Part shown: one piece after another, positions 1-9,854 of the stretch | Layout of the letters: the number at the start of each line of letters is the position of its first letter | Numbering within the stretch: position 1 is the first letter of the stretch | Assembly: GCA_965222375.1 (NCBI GenBank) | Contig: CBDCTZ010000012.1 | Location: 384,001 to 448,000 of the forward strand | Length of the DNA: 64,000 nucleotides | Direction: 5' to 3' | From: Polyangiaceae bacterium | GTDB taxonomy: Bacteria; Myxococcota_A; Polyangia; Polyangiales; Polyangiaceae | Translations under genes and position numbers: made by a program | The notes under the pieces: model-generated | Seen by the model: the letters and a program-made list of their open reading frames with translations, nothing else | Database searches by the model: none | What the model was told of the DNA's origin: nothing

Positions 1-547
1 GCCGCGGCGGCTTGGGGCGGGGCGGTTTTCCCGCGGCAGGTGTCGGAGGTTTGGGTGCGGCGGCCGGGATGGGCGGCGCGTTGTCGAGCAAGGCGTCCAC
101 TTCTCCGCTCGCCGTGCTCCGGCGTTTGGCCGGCGCAGGCTCAGGCGGCGGGGCATCAGTGGGTGGCGCGACTTGGTCTAGTAGATCGTCGACATCCGCG
201 GATTGAGGCGGGCGCTCGAGGCCCAAGTCCTCCACCATGCCGACGTGAGTGTCTTCGTCTTCACTGAATAGCCGGCTGTCTGGTGAGATCAGGGGTGGCG
301 CTGCGGGTGGAGCGGCTGCTTCGGGAGCGGCGGGGGCCTTCGGAGCGGGAGCTTTGGGCGCGACGGCTGGGGGGGGCTCCGCCTTGGGAGCCGCCGGTGG
401 TGGGTCGTCGGATAGCAGCGAGTCCAATAGTGCGTCGGGCTCGAAGTCCAGCTCCCCCAGCTCCTCCCCGATGCTACGAGCACTGCCACTGCGCCCTGCT
501 CCGCTGTGTTGCGGGCGCTTCTGCGGAGGTTTCTTCTCGTCACTCAT
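1..547 (-). CDS. 5' part of a large protein running off the window edge; Pro/Ala/acidic low-complexity N-terminus (MSDEKKPPQKRP...)
   Basis: ATG at 547 overlaps the TGA of the upstream TPR gene (ATGA coupling); frame is open to position 1; absent from the ORF track because it has no stop in the window. Confidence 0.75.
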   Translation of the reverse strand, partial: MSDEKKPPQKRPQHSGAGRSGSARSIGEELGELDFEPDALLDSLLSDDPPPAAPKAEPPPAVAPKAPAPKAPAAPEAAAPPAAPPLISPDSRLFSEDEDTHVGMVEDLGLERPPQSADVDDLLDQVAPPTDAPPPEPAPAKRRSTASGEVDALLDNAPPIPAAAPKPPTPAAGKPPRPKPPR

Positions 548-3500
548 CGCACACCCATGCCGAGCATTTCTCGGATGGAGAGATATGTTGGAGAGAGCAC
601 AAACGCCAAGATCCGCGCGGCGCGCGCATTGGCTTCCATGGACGCCCCCAGCTGGCCTCGGGACGCGGGGTTGTGGGCCAGGACCCAGGACACGTCGCCT
701 GCGGCCACGCTCGCCAGCCGGTCCAGACTCGAAGTTGCCGCTCGAACCCAATCTTCGATGTCCTGCCCGGAGCCTTGAACGGCGCGTGCCAGGTCGGGCA
801 GCGCCTTCTTGACTCGCCGCGGCATCTCTTTGGCCAGTACACGTTGGAATTCGCCGAGCATGGCGTAGTGGGGCGACGGAACTTGCACGTCCACGACCGC
901 ACATGCGGCCACCACAAGCGCCGCCACATCCGTCGGATCCCGATGGCGCAATATCGTGGTCCCACGCTTCAGGGCGAATAGTTCTCGCGCGATCATGCCG
1001 CGGTGTGCCGGCGACAGGGGCGCGTTCACCTGGGCTCCGATGACGATCGCGGGCGTGACGTTCGCCACTCCGTAGACCCCCTCCGGGTCGTTGCCGCCAA
1101 GATACACCTCGAAATCGCCGAGCCCCAGAGCGCCCGCCCACGCCGCGATCTCGTTGCGGATCGGCAAGCCCGAGCGTGGGTCGACGCGCTGTTTCTTGCC
1201 GACTCCAAGAGCATCGAGACTCGGGCCCAGGGCGTCGGCGAAAGTAGTTGCCAAGGTGCGCATCAGCGCGGGCAAAGGCCCTTGGTCCTGGGGGTCGCAC
1301 AGATCCGGGATGGCCGCTTCGTCCACCGCCATGTGGGGGACGCGAGCCACGCGCTGGTCGAGCACGGCAAGTTCTCGATCGATCTCCGGCGTCCCCTGGC
1401 CCAGCGCCACCAGCGCGCCCAAAGCGGCCTGTCGAATTCGAGGTTGGTCCAAGCGGTGCGCGATTCGCGCCAGTCGGTCTACCCGCGCCGCGTCCAAAGG
1501 ATCTTGTAGTAGCCGGGGCACGATGGTGTCGCGCCCTCGCGTCAAGAGCTCTTGCTCCTTGGGCTTGGGTAGGATGCCGGTCATCGCGAGGTCGAGCGCT
1601 TCCCCGTCGTCAGGCGCCTCGCTCAGCAATGTCTCCATCGCGAGTTGGGCGTCCTCTGGCCGCTGGCGGCGGTCGCGGTGAATCGCCATGGCAAGGCGCG
1701 CCGCCTCGATCCGGGACTCTTTGGAATCGCGCTCCACCATGAGCTGTTGAAGCACCTGCGTAGCGTCGTCCCAGACTTCTTGCTTCGCTGCCAAGCGCGC
1801 CATGCGTTCCCGCACGGGAAGCGTAGAGAGGCCCATCTTGTAGAGCTGAGTCAGCACTTCGAGCGCACGCTCGGGCTGTTCCAATTTGTTTTCGTAGATG
1901 TCCACGGCGGCAACGCCGCTCATCAAGCGCTGTTTGGCCGGCGCTTCTTCCAGACTTGCGAGTCGCGCCAGCCGATCCGCAGCTTCGGCGAATTGCCCGG
2001 TCGTGATGTAGATCTCCCCTGAAAGCGCCAACGCGCCCACGTGATCGGGCTCGAGCATGGTCACGTTTTCGAGGGCAGCCAGCGCGCCAGCGCGGTCGCC
2101 CGCTCCACGCATCACTCGCGCACGCTCCCAGAACAGCTTGGCGATCTCTTCGGGGTCCTCAGCGACCTCCAGCCGCTTGGTGATGAGTTCCAGCAAGCGT
2201 TCGCCGTCTTTCTTCGCGCGAACGAGTCGGAACAACTTGTCGAAGGCGACGAACCGACTCACGTCTCGTTCGACGGCCCGAGACAGCGCGAACTCGCCCC
2301 GGGTCTTGTCCCCCAACTCATCAATCAAGATCAGGGCGGCGTACTCCCACAGTTCTGCACCCCGGGCGTCTTCGCTCACGGCGTCGCCCAAGCACGCGCA
2401 GGCTTCAGCCACGAGGGTCCGGTCACCGGTTGCCTCGCCTGCGGCGCGCAGCCCCTCCCAGCCCAATACCTCTTCAGGATAGGCCTCCACTACGGAGCGA
2501 AACAGCGTTGTCGCGGCTTCAGCTTGGCCAGCGGCTAGCAGATTATACCCGGCGAGGGTGCGCATCATCGCGCTGTTGTCATCGCCGAGCACGCCCTCCG
2601 CGCTGAGCAGGGCCCGCGCACGGCGGCGTGGGTCGCAGCCCGGCAGGGATAGCTCCAGGTTTGCGAGCTGGGTGATCGAGTCCGTGCCGTCAATCAACTG
2701 TGGACGCGTGTCTGTCGCCAGCTCGCGCACGATGGTGGTGCTCGCCTGTAGTTGAGACCTGGCGTCGCCGCCTACTGCCGCTGCCAACCGGGCGCGTGCG
2801 ACCACTTCCGCGTCAGTATCTTCAGTAGCCAGGGAGAAGGCCAAGCTCTCGAGGGCAGCGTCTGGATGCGGCGAGGCCTGAGTCCAGGCCGCCGCACTCT
2901 CTGCCAGACTCGCCGTGTCGAGTGTGGTGCTGTTACGCAGTCGTGCGGCGTGAGCCATGGCGCGCGCTAGCGTCGTGGCGCCCCCTCCGAGTTCGGCCAG
3001 TTCGCCAAGTGCATCAAGCATCGTGTCGGGGTGGGCGATGCACAACGCCCTAGCTAGGGTGTGCGCAGTGCCCACCGGCGAGGGGTCTTTGGGGCCGTCC
3101 AGGTGGGCGTCGACGGACGCGTCCGCATCCTTGGTCAGCTCGAGGGTGTAGCGCTCCAGCCGAGCGACCCCAGGATCTTGCTCCGAGGACGCGTCTAGCG
3201 CGCGGCGCCGAGCGTCGGGACTGTCGGGATCGGCCGCTCGCAGCGCCCAGGACAGCAGGGCTCGGCCCGATGCGCTCGCCTGCCCACTTGCCCGCTGAAA
3301 GGCCTCTACGGCTTGGCTGCGCTCGCCAGCGTGCCAGTAGTAGATGCCCGCCTCAAGAGCCAGCGCGGCGGCGGCGTCCGAGTCGTCTAGAGCGAGGGAC
3401 GCAGTGCTGAGGGTCTCGGCCGCTTGACTCAAATCTCCACTGCGCTTGGCCATGCCCGCTAGGGCGATCGCAGCCACGGCGTCGCCCGCATCGTCGTCGA

Positions 3501-5253
3501 ACAGCTTGCGGAGGCTAGCGAGGCTTGACTCGGCCTCTCCAGCATTCGCTGCGCGCAGCGCGGCGGCTAGCAGCAGCGCCCGTGTCTCGTCGGACTCGGT
3601 GCTGGCTTCGCTGAGTGCATTCAACGAGTCCGCGCCCGTCTTCGGGTCGTTGAGGGCCAGTACATAGCCGCCAAGTAGGTGGGCGAGGCGCGCACCACCT
3701 GGAGCCGTCGCCAGGCCTGTGAGGGTTTGCCGCGCGGAGTCCAACTCGCCGCGCGCCAATCGCGAGCGTACCAGCTCGAACCACAGGCCAGCCAGTTCCG
3801 ACTCGGCTGCCCCTGCAGCAAGCAAACGTCGCGTGGCTTCGTCGTACCAGGCGGCCTCCCCCATCAACGACGACAGGTAGCGTGAGACCCGAGCTACCGT
3901 CCCCGGCGATGCGCCCACCATTCCGGCCTGCGAGAGGGCCGCTTTCGCTCCAGCGGTGTCCCCGGCGCGCCGTGCCCAGGAATCTGCGGCGAGGAGAAAG
4001 CAGCGCGCCCGCGCTTCGTCGACGCTGAGTTGTTCGTGCGCTGCCTCGAGTGCTGACGCAAACGCCGAAGCGTCCGTTGCAGAACAGAGATCCAACTGCA
4101 GCACTCGTGCCGGGATGCAGTTGGGATTGTTTTCTAGTGCTTCGTTGACCGCGTTCAACGCTCCAGCGGCATCTCCCAGTTCGGCAGCCCGCTCGGCCAC
4201 CCGCATCCAGAGGGCGGCAGCCAACGCGCCCTTGGCGCCGCGGTCGAGGGCGGCTTTGGCGAAGCTCGCAGCGGTTTCCGTGTCGCCGCTGGCCTGAGCG
4301 AGATTGATTCGCGCCCGAGTCAGTACCGGATCCTCGGGCAGAAGTTTCTGGGCGGCGTCCAGGTCCTTGTTCGCCGCGTCGACTTCGCCACGCCTTCTAT
4401 GGGCTTCGGCTGCTCGGTACAAAGCGTCCGCGGAGTGCTCCGCACTCGTCATGTGACTCGGCACGCCGAAGGGATTGTCACCATCTGACTCTCGCGCCGA
4501 CGAGAGCACCGCGGCTTGCGCCTCCAAGGAGCGCGCTAGTACGTCATCCCGATCCAGTTCTCGGGCAATGTCCTCGAGGGTCTGAAGCACCAAGAAGGTG
4601 GATTCGGATTTGGTCTCTAGGGCGGCATCCAATTCGGCAAGGGCGCCATCGCCGTCGCCAGACTCGAGTTTGAGTTTGGCAGCGCTGATGCGCAGCAGCG
4701 ATTGCCAGTTTGGGTTTTCACAGGCGCCCGCACGCGCTACCAGCGCCCGTACGCGTAGCTCCGAATCCTCAGCCTCGACCGCGCATAGTTCCAATAGCAG
4801 CCAGAGGGTGGCGTCATCAGGGCGCTCGGCGGTCGCTTCTTCCAGGGCTGCGACGGCGCCGGCGAAGTCACGTTCTTCCTCATACAGGTAGCGCGCTCGC
4901 TCGAGCAGGGCTCGTGCTCGCTCTTCGCTACCGTCCGCCACCTCGACGAGTCTCTCTAGTAGCTTCTCGAGGTTTTTTTGCGACCCGCGCCCGCGAAGGA
5001 TCGCGATCAGGCGTTCCAGCGGTTCGGAAAACTCGGGCTCGGCGTTGATCGCTTCGAGATGGTCTCGCGCGGCGCTCGACTCGTCACCGCGGGCATCTTC
5101 CAACAGGGCGATCTCGTGCAGCAGCACCGCACGGGTTAGTTCGCCCTCACACCAGTCCAGCTCTTCTCGCAGTCGATCAAACGCCTGCGCCGTCACGTTT
5201 TCGTCTGGCGGGCTGTCTAGCCCCGCGCTTGGGGGTCGTGCGACTTCGGTCAT
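544..5253 (-). CDS. Giant TPR-like alpha-solenoid protein (1569 aa)
   Basis: Long ORF with repeated helical TPR-like units, e.g. ALAALENVTMLEPDHVGALALSGEIY. Confidence 0.85.
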   Translation of the reverse strand: MTEVARPPSAGLDSPPDENVTAQAFDRLREELDWCEGELTRAVLLHEIALLEDARGDESSAARDHLEAINAEPEFSEPLERLIAILRGRGSQKNLEKLLERLVEVADGSEERARALLERARYLYEEERDFAGAVAALEEATAERPDDATLWLLLELCAVEAEDSELRVRALVARAGACENPNWQSLLRISAAKLKLESGDGDGALAELDAALETKSESTFLVLQTLEDIARELDRDDVLARSLEAQAAVLSSARESDGDNPFGVPSHMTSAEHSADALYRAAEAHRRRGEVDAANKDLDAAQKLLPEDPVLTRARINLAQASGDTETAASFAKAALDRGAKGALAAALWMRVAERAAELGDAAGALNAVNEALENNPNCIPARVLQLDLCSATDASAFASALEAAHEQLSVDEARARCFLLAADSWARRAGDTAGAKAALSQAGMVGASPGTVARVSRYLSSLMGEAAWYDEATRRLLAAGAAESELAGLWFELVRSRLARGELDSARQTLTGLATAPGGARLAHLLGGYVLALNDPKTGADSLNALSEASTESDETRALLLAAALRAANAGEAESSLASLRKLFDDDAGDAVAAIALAGMAKRSGDLSQAAETLSTASLALDDSDAAAALALEAGIYYWHAGERSQAVEAFQRASGQASASGRALLSWALRAADPDSPDARRRALDASSEQDPGVARLERYTLELTKDADASVDAHLDGPKDPSPVGTAHTLARALCIAHPDTMLDALGELAELGGGATTLARAMAHAARLRNSTTLDTASLAESAAAWTQASPHPDAALESLAFSLATEDTDAEVVARARLAAAVGGDARSQLQASTTIVRELATDTRPQLIDGTDSITQLANLELSLPGCDPRRRARALLSAEGVLGDDNSAMMRTLAGYNLLAAGQAEAATTLFRSVVEAYPEEVLGWEGLRAAGEATGDRTLVAEACACLGDAVSEDARGAELWEYAALILIDELGDKTRGEFALSRAVERDVSRFVAFDKLFRLVRAKKDGERLLELITKRLEVAEDPEEIAKLFWERARVMRGAGDRAGALAALENVTMLEPDHVGALALSGEIYITTGQFAEAADRLARLASLEEAPAKQRLMSGVAAVDIYENKLEQPERALEVLTQLYKMGLSTLPVRERMARLAAKQEVWDDATQVLQQLMVERDSKESRIEAARLAMAIHRDRRQRPEDAQLAMETLLSEAPDDGEALDLAMTGILPKPKEQELLTRGRDTIVPRLLQDPLDAARVDRLARIAHRLDQPRIRQAALGALVALGQGTPEIDRELAVLDQRVARVPHMAVDEAAIPDLCDPQDQGPLPALMRTLATTFADALGPSLDALGVGKKQRVDPRSGLPIRNEIAAWAGALGLGDFEVYLGGNDPEGVYGVANVTPAIVIGAQVNAPLSPAHRGMIARELFALKRGTTILRHRDPTDVAALVVAACAVVDVQVPSPHYAMLGEFQRVLAKEMPRRVKKALPDLARAVQGSGQDIEDWVRAATSSLDRLASVAAGDVSWVLAHNPASRGQLGASMEANARAARILAFVLSPTYLSIREMLGMGVR

Positions 5254-5331
5254 GCTGAGTGGGCTGGCGAAGCAGCCTCTACTTTAGGTCGACCCGCGGC
5301 TAAATCGCGAGCATTACCGACCGGATGCAGC

Positions 5332-5886
5332 CTAGTCGGTGCGTTTGACGATCCAGAATCCCCGAGGCGTATCGAGGGGCTCCGGGTGGACTTTGCCTTT
5401 TTCCAGGGTGAAAAGGACCTGCTCGATGGTGGGTTCAAGGACCCCTCGAGGGATTCGGCCCGCGCTGGTCACCGAGCCTTTGTCCCCTTTTTTCACCGCT
5501 TTCGCGAAGTCCTCTTGTGCCTCGGTCGCCAGTTTTTTCGCCAGTGCGCGCGCGCCTTCTTTCGAGCGTTTGCTCGCCTTCGCGGACTGGGCTCCAGTGT
5601 AGGTGACCAGGATCACCCCAAAACGCACTGCTTTTGGGGCGCCAGGGGGTAGTTTCGACGCGGTGGGTTCTTCGGGTGGGTCCAGCTCGGCCTCGGGCGG
5701 ATCGAGCTCCGGGGCTGGGAGTGGCTCGACGCTCCCTGCGGAGGCGACAGGGGCCTCGGCGGAACTCTCCGGAGCGGCGCTCTGCGTTGTTGGCGGTGCG
5801 GAGCGATTGGGGCGTGCCGCAACCGCCAAAAACACCATGCCAACCGCAAATACGAGCCCTAGAACGACGGATGACCAGCGCTGCAT
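5332..5886 (-). CDS. Membrane-anchored PpiC/parvulin-type peptidyl-prolyl isomerase
   Basis: N-terminal TM helix, Pro-rich linker, rotamase-like C-terminus (ILVTY...FAKAVKKGD...LDTPRGFWIVKR); start at MQRWSS is inferred. Confidence 0.75.
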   Translation of the reverse strand: MQRWSSVVLGLVFAVGMVFLAVAARPNRSAPPTTQSAAPESSAEAPVASAGSVEPLPAPELDPPEAELDPPEEPTASKLPPGAPKAVRFGVILVTYTGAQSAKASKRSKEGARALAKKLATEAQEDFAKAVKKGDKGSVTSAGRIPRGVLEPTIEQVLFTLEKGKVHPEPLDTPRGFWIVKRTD

Positions 5887-5975
5887 GCGACTTGGGCTGC
5901 GAGTAGCACGGATACGGACTGTCAGAAACCGCGACAAACCGTGGGCTTCCCTGCTATCCATGCAAAGCAGGGCCG

Positions 5976-8900
5976 ATGTTCAAAGTCGAGTGCCCCAGTT
6001 GTAGCGCACCATACCAAGTAGACGAGCGCCGGATTCCATCCAGCGGCTTGAAAATGCGCTGTCCCAAGTGCGGCGGGTCCTTCCAGGTCGACCCACCGTC
6101 CGACCCCCGCACGACCGGCCCAAGCCCAGTGCTCGGTGGGGCGCTTGGCGCGCCGAAGCCGAAGCCACCCAAAGCCACCATGCTCGGAGTGGCGGCTCCA
6201 CCTGCGCCGCCTCGGCCTGGTGGTGCGCCGCCCAAGCCTGGAGCCGCGCCGCCGCGCCCCGCGCCGGCACCGGCTGCTGCGCCGGCGCCACCGGCCGCGG
6301 ACCTGCCATCACCCGTGGCCAAGCGGCCCCCCCCCAGACCCGCTGCACCCGCGGCCGCAGCGCCCGACAGCATCGATCTTGACGAGCTCGACCTGCCGGC
6401 AGTCGGCGGCCCGCGGCGCGACGAGCCCGGTCTTCCGAGTCCGGTACCAAGCAAGAAGTCGACGCAGTTTGGCTTGGGCGAGTTTGGAGATCTCGAGTTG
6501 CCGGGTGCGGACTTGCCAGCGCCGGCTGCCTCGCCAGCCCAGAAGGCCGGACCCGACCTCGACTTGCCCGTGGTGGGCGATGGGCGCCCGAAGCAGCCAA
6601 GCTTCGACGACGAACTCGGGCTGCCCGCACCTCGGCAGCCCGAGGCCATCGGTGGTCCGGATCCCATCGACCTTCCTGCCGTGTCCGCAGATGCTGCGCC
6701 AAGTTTCGGCGAGGCGGACTTGCCCGTGGCAGGTCGGGGCTACGCTGACGGCGTGGGTCTGCCCAGCCCCGCAGGCGATCTCCCGACACCCACGGGGCGC
6801 GGCGTGGGCTTGCCCAGCCCGCAGAACGCAGCTCCTCCCATGCTGGCGGGCGACTTGCCAACGGCGTCTGCCGGGTTGCCACAGGTCGCTGCGGGCTTGC
6901 CGACCGCGTCGGCAGGTTTGCCGGCGGCCGCCGCCGGGCTACCGACTGCTGCGGCCGGTCTGCCCGACATGGCAGCCGGTCTACCCACGGACGCTGCCGG
7001 TCTGCCGACGGGTGCTGCGGGGTTGCCGACGGGTGCTGCGGGATTGCCCACGAATGCTGCGGGCCTGCCCACGGACGCGGCAGGCATGCCCGCTGACGCG
7101 GGCGGTCTGCCGCAGCACCCCGGTGGCACACTACCCATAGGAGCCGAAGCAGATCTTTCGGCGCCCGGCTCTGCCCAATGGGGTGCAGAAGCTCCCCTGA
7201 GCGGCGAGCCCGCTGCCGGCGTGGTGCGCCAACAGGGGGGCGGCACTGCGTTTGGGGAAGTGAACTTGGATGCAGGTGGCGACGACGTTGCCTTGGACGG
7301 AGAGTCTGGCGCCCCCCGTGCCGAAGACGACATGGAGTTCGGAGGGATCCCGCAGGAACTCCCCGGTGGTGCGCAGCCGTCTCTGCCAACCGCCGGTGTT
7401 GCGCCGATTCAAGTTGCACCACCGCCTCCCAAACGCCGCGTGGGCTTGCGCGCCATCGCTGCTGGTGTGGTCGTGTTCGTAATCGGAGGCGCGTCGCTGT
7501 CGCTGATTCCGGATGTCGGACCTTTCGGTGTTTATTGGATCCTCGACAAGCTCCAGAGTGGAGAACACGCGCGGTTGCTCGAGGACACCAAGACGCGCAG
7601 TCGCGAGCTCCTCGGCAAGGACACAGCCGCAGACGCCAAGAAGGCACTCGCTCTGGTGGCGAGCGCCCGCAAGAAAGCCCGCCGAATGCCGGCGTTGCCT
7701 GCCTACGCCGCCTATGTGGCCTACATCGCAGAGCTGCGCTTTGGGACGGATCCGGCGGAAAACGCCCGGGCCAAGGTGCTGCTCGATGAGCTGAAAGAAG
7801 TCAAAGAGTTGAGTGAACTTGATCTGGCTCGCGCAGCGCAGCGGGCGGCGGGCGGCCAACCTGCCAAGGCGCGAACGATGCTGGCTCGCTTGAAGAAGAA
7901 GGGCGCCAAACCCATCGATGCTCTGGTGTTGGAAGGTGAGATGGAGCTCGGGGCCGGAGATGCCGTCGCCGCAGAGCGCGCCTGGAAAGCGGCGGATGGC
8001 ATCGAAAAGTCTGCTCGCACCGCCTTCGGTTTGGCCCGAGCCAAGCGGTCCGGCGGCGCATTAGTAGAGGCAGAGAAGCTCGCGCGTACTGCGCTGGAGC
8101 GCAACGCTGATCACGTGGGCGCGAAGCTCTTGGTGGCGGACGTGCTGTGGCGCACGGCCCGCAAAGAGGAGCAGTCCGTCAAACTTGCCGAGGGTGTCAC
8201 CAAGAAAGCCGAGCTTGCGAGCAACGGCGAACGCGTTCGAGCCCATACCTTGCTCGGAGAGATTCATCTGGCCCGCTCCCGGATCTCCCACGCGGAAAAC
8301 GCCTTCGCTGAGGCTCTGAAGATCGATCCCAAGGCGGCGGATGCACTGGCGGGGCTGGGCGATGCCCTCTACCGTTCTGGCCGTTTTTCCGAGGCCCTGG
8401 CACGCTTCGAAGCCGGTACCCAGGCAGATCCACAAAGCGTGAACGCCAAGGTTGGCGTGGCTAAGTCCATGCTGGCCCTCGAGCGACTGCAAGATGCCAA
8501 GAATCTGACTTTGCAGCTGTATGGAGCCAACCCCAAGTCGATGCGCGTGGCCTACTGGCACGGCCGAGTGCAAGAGGCCGTGGGCGCCCGCAAAGAGGCT
8601 GCAGTGGCCTACCGCAAGGCGGTCGAACTCGGCGGCAAGGACGCTGAAGTCGTCGATGCCTACATCGCTTTGGCACTGCTCGAAAACCAAGCCGGTCGCG
8701 TCGAAGAGGCGCAGAAGATCTTGAACGAGGCGAAAGAGAAGCTGCCGGCGACCGCCGCTCTGCACGTGGCCTTCGGGGACTTGGCGTTGACTCAAGGTCG
8801 CTACGACGACGCGGTGACTGAACTGACCGCCGCGCTCAAGCTCGACTCCGCAGACGTCGGCGCCAAGTTCCGCATGGGCGTTGCTCATCGCAAGAGCAAG

Positions 8901-9854
8901 AATTTCGATAAAGCTGCGCAGTTCTTCGACGAAGTCGCAAACGCCGATAAGGAGTACCCTGGGCTGGCGCTCGAGCGCGGCTTGCTCTTCGAGGTGTCTG
9001 GCAAGACGGAGGAGGCCCTCAAGGCCTATGAGGCCGCACTCAAGAAAGCGCCTAATGACCCAGACTTGATGCTGCGCGTTGGCTGCGGCTACGCCGCCAG
9101 CAACAGTGGCAAACGGGCGGAGAAGCTAATGCGCAAGGTGCTGCAGCAACGCCCATCTTCCGCGGAAGCCCACCACTGCATGGGGCGCGCGTTGCTCGTG
9201 CAACGCACCAACTTGGCCGAGGCCCTCAAGACCCTGGAGCGCTCCGTGGCCCTGGATCCGAATCGCGCCGAGTATCACCTATTCGTCGGTTGGGCTGCTG
9301 TGGAAGCCGGGCGCAACGGACTTGCAGAAAGCTCTCTCAAGCGCGCGCTTGAACTCGACCAGGGCTTGGGTGATGCCTACTGGCAGCGCGGCGTGTTGCG
9401 TAATCGCCAAGGTGCTGTGCGCACCGCGGTGAAGGATCTGCGAAAAGCATTGGAGCTCAAGCCTTCCCGTTTCGAGGCTCATGCCGCTCTCGCCGACAGC
9501 TACGCGGATCTGGGGCGAGAAGTGGACGCCATGAGCGAATGGCAAAAGGCCATCCATGCAAACGGTGAGAACGCGACCTGGCGCTATCGCTACGGTCGCC
9601 TGCTGGTGGACAATCGCCGCGCTGGCGAAGCCCGCACGCAATTGGAAAAAGCCATCGCCATCGGCAGCAAACAGGATCCCCGCCCGATCTGGCTCGGTGA
9701 GGCTCACTATCACATGGCCCGCGCCATTGGCCGGAGTCCGGCTGCGGTGGAGCATTGGCAAGCGTTCTTGAAGCTCGGCCAGCGGGAGTCGCCCTACCGG
9801 GCGGAAGCCAAGAAGGAACTCACCGCCCTGGGCAAGCCTTGGGAAGGTGACTGA
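5976..9854 (+). CDS. Zinc-ribbon (MJ0042-type) / Pro-rich linker / TM / TPR protein (1292 aa)
   Basis: CPSC...CPKC at the N-terminus, low-complexity repeats, one TM segment, many TPR units. Confidence 0.85.
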   Translation: MFKVECPSCSAPYQVDERRIPSSGLKMRCPKCGGSFQVDPPSDPRTTGPSPVLGGALGAPKPKPPKATMLGVAAPPAPPRPGGAPPKPGAAPPRPAPAPAAAPAPPAADLPSPVAKRPPPRPAAPAAAAPDSIDLDELDLPAVGGPRRDEPGLPSPVPSKKSTQFGLGEFGDLELPGADLPAPAASPAQKAGPDLDLPVVGDGRPKQPSFDDELGLPAPRQPEAIGGPDPIDLPAVSADAAPSFGEADLPVAGRGYADGVGLPSPAGDLPTPTGRGVGLPSPQNAAPPMLAGDLPTASAGLPQVAAGLPTASAGLPAAAAGLPTAAAGLPDMAAGLPTDAAGLPTGAAGLPTGAAGLPTNAAGLPTDAAGMPADAGGLPQHPGGTLPIGAEADLSAPGSAQWGAEAPLSGEPAAGVVRQQGGGTAFGEVNLDAGGDDVALDGESGAPRAEDDMEFGGIPQELPGGAQPSLPTAGVAPIQVAPPPPKRRVGLRAIAAGVVVFVIGGASLSLIPDVGPFGVYWILDKLQSGEHARLLEDTKTRSRELLGKDTAADAKKALALVASARKKARRMPALPAYAAYVAYIAELRFGTDPAENARAKVLLDELKEVKELSELDLARAAQRAAGGQPAKARTMLARLKKKGAKPIDALVLEGEMELGAGDAVAAERAWKAADGIEKSARTAFGLARAKRSGGALVEAEKLARTALERNADHVGAKLLVADVLWRTARKEEQSVKLAEGVTKKAELASNGERVRAHTLLGEIHLARSRISHAENAFAEALKIDPKAADALAGLGDALYRSGRFSEALARFEAGTQADPQSVNAKVGVAKSMLALERLQDAKNLTLQLYGANPKSMRVAYWHGRVQEAVGARKEAAVAYRKAVELGGKDAEVVDAYIALALLENQAGRVEEAQKILNEAKEKLPATAALHVAFGDLALTQGRYDDAVTELTAALKLDSADVGAKFRMGVAHRKSKNFDKAAQFFDEVANADKEYPGLALERGLLFEVSGKTEEALKAYEAALKKAPNDPDLMLRVGCGYAASNSGKRAEKLMRKVLQQRPSSAEAHHCMGRALLVQRTNLAEALKTLERSVALDPNRAEYHLFVGWAAVEAGRNGLAESSLKRALELDQGLGDAYWQRGVLRNRQGAVRTAVKDLRKALELKPSRFEAHAALADSYADLGREVDAMSEWQKAIHANGENATWRYRYGRLLVDNRRAGEARTQLEKAIAIGSKQDPRPIWLGEAHYHMARAIGRSPAAVEHWQAFLKLGQRESPYRAEAKKELTALGKPWEGD
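6845..7115 (+). repeat. Degenerate 21-bp coding tandem repeat (AAGLPTx heptapeptide, about 12 units)
   Basis: Translation reads ASAGLPQVAAGLPTASAGLPAAAAGLPTAAAGLPDMAAGLPTDAAGLPTGAAGLPTG... Confidence 0.85.

Noticed and set aside
9700..9850. Cobalamin riboswitch or Zur box before the COG0523 gene
   Set aside because: No intergenic space and no recognisable motif
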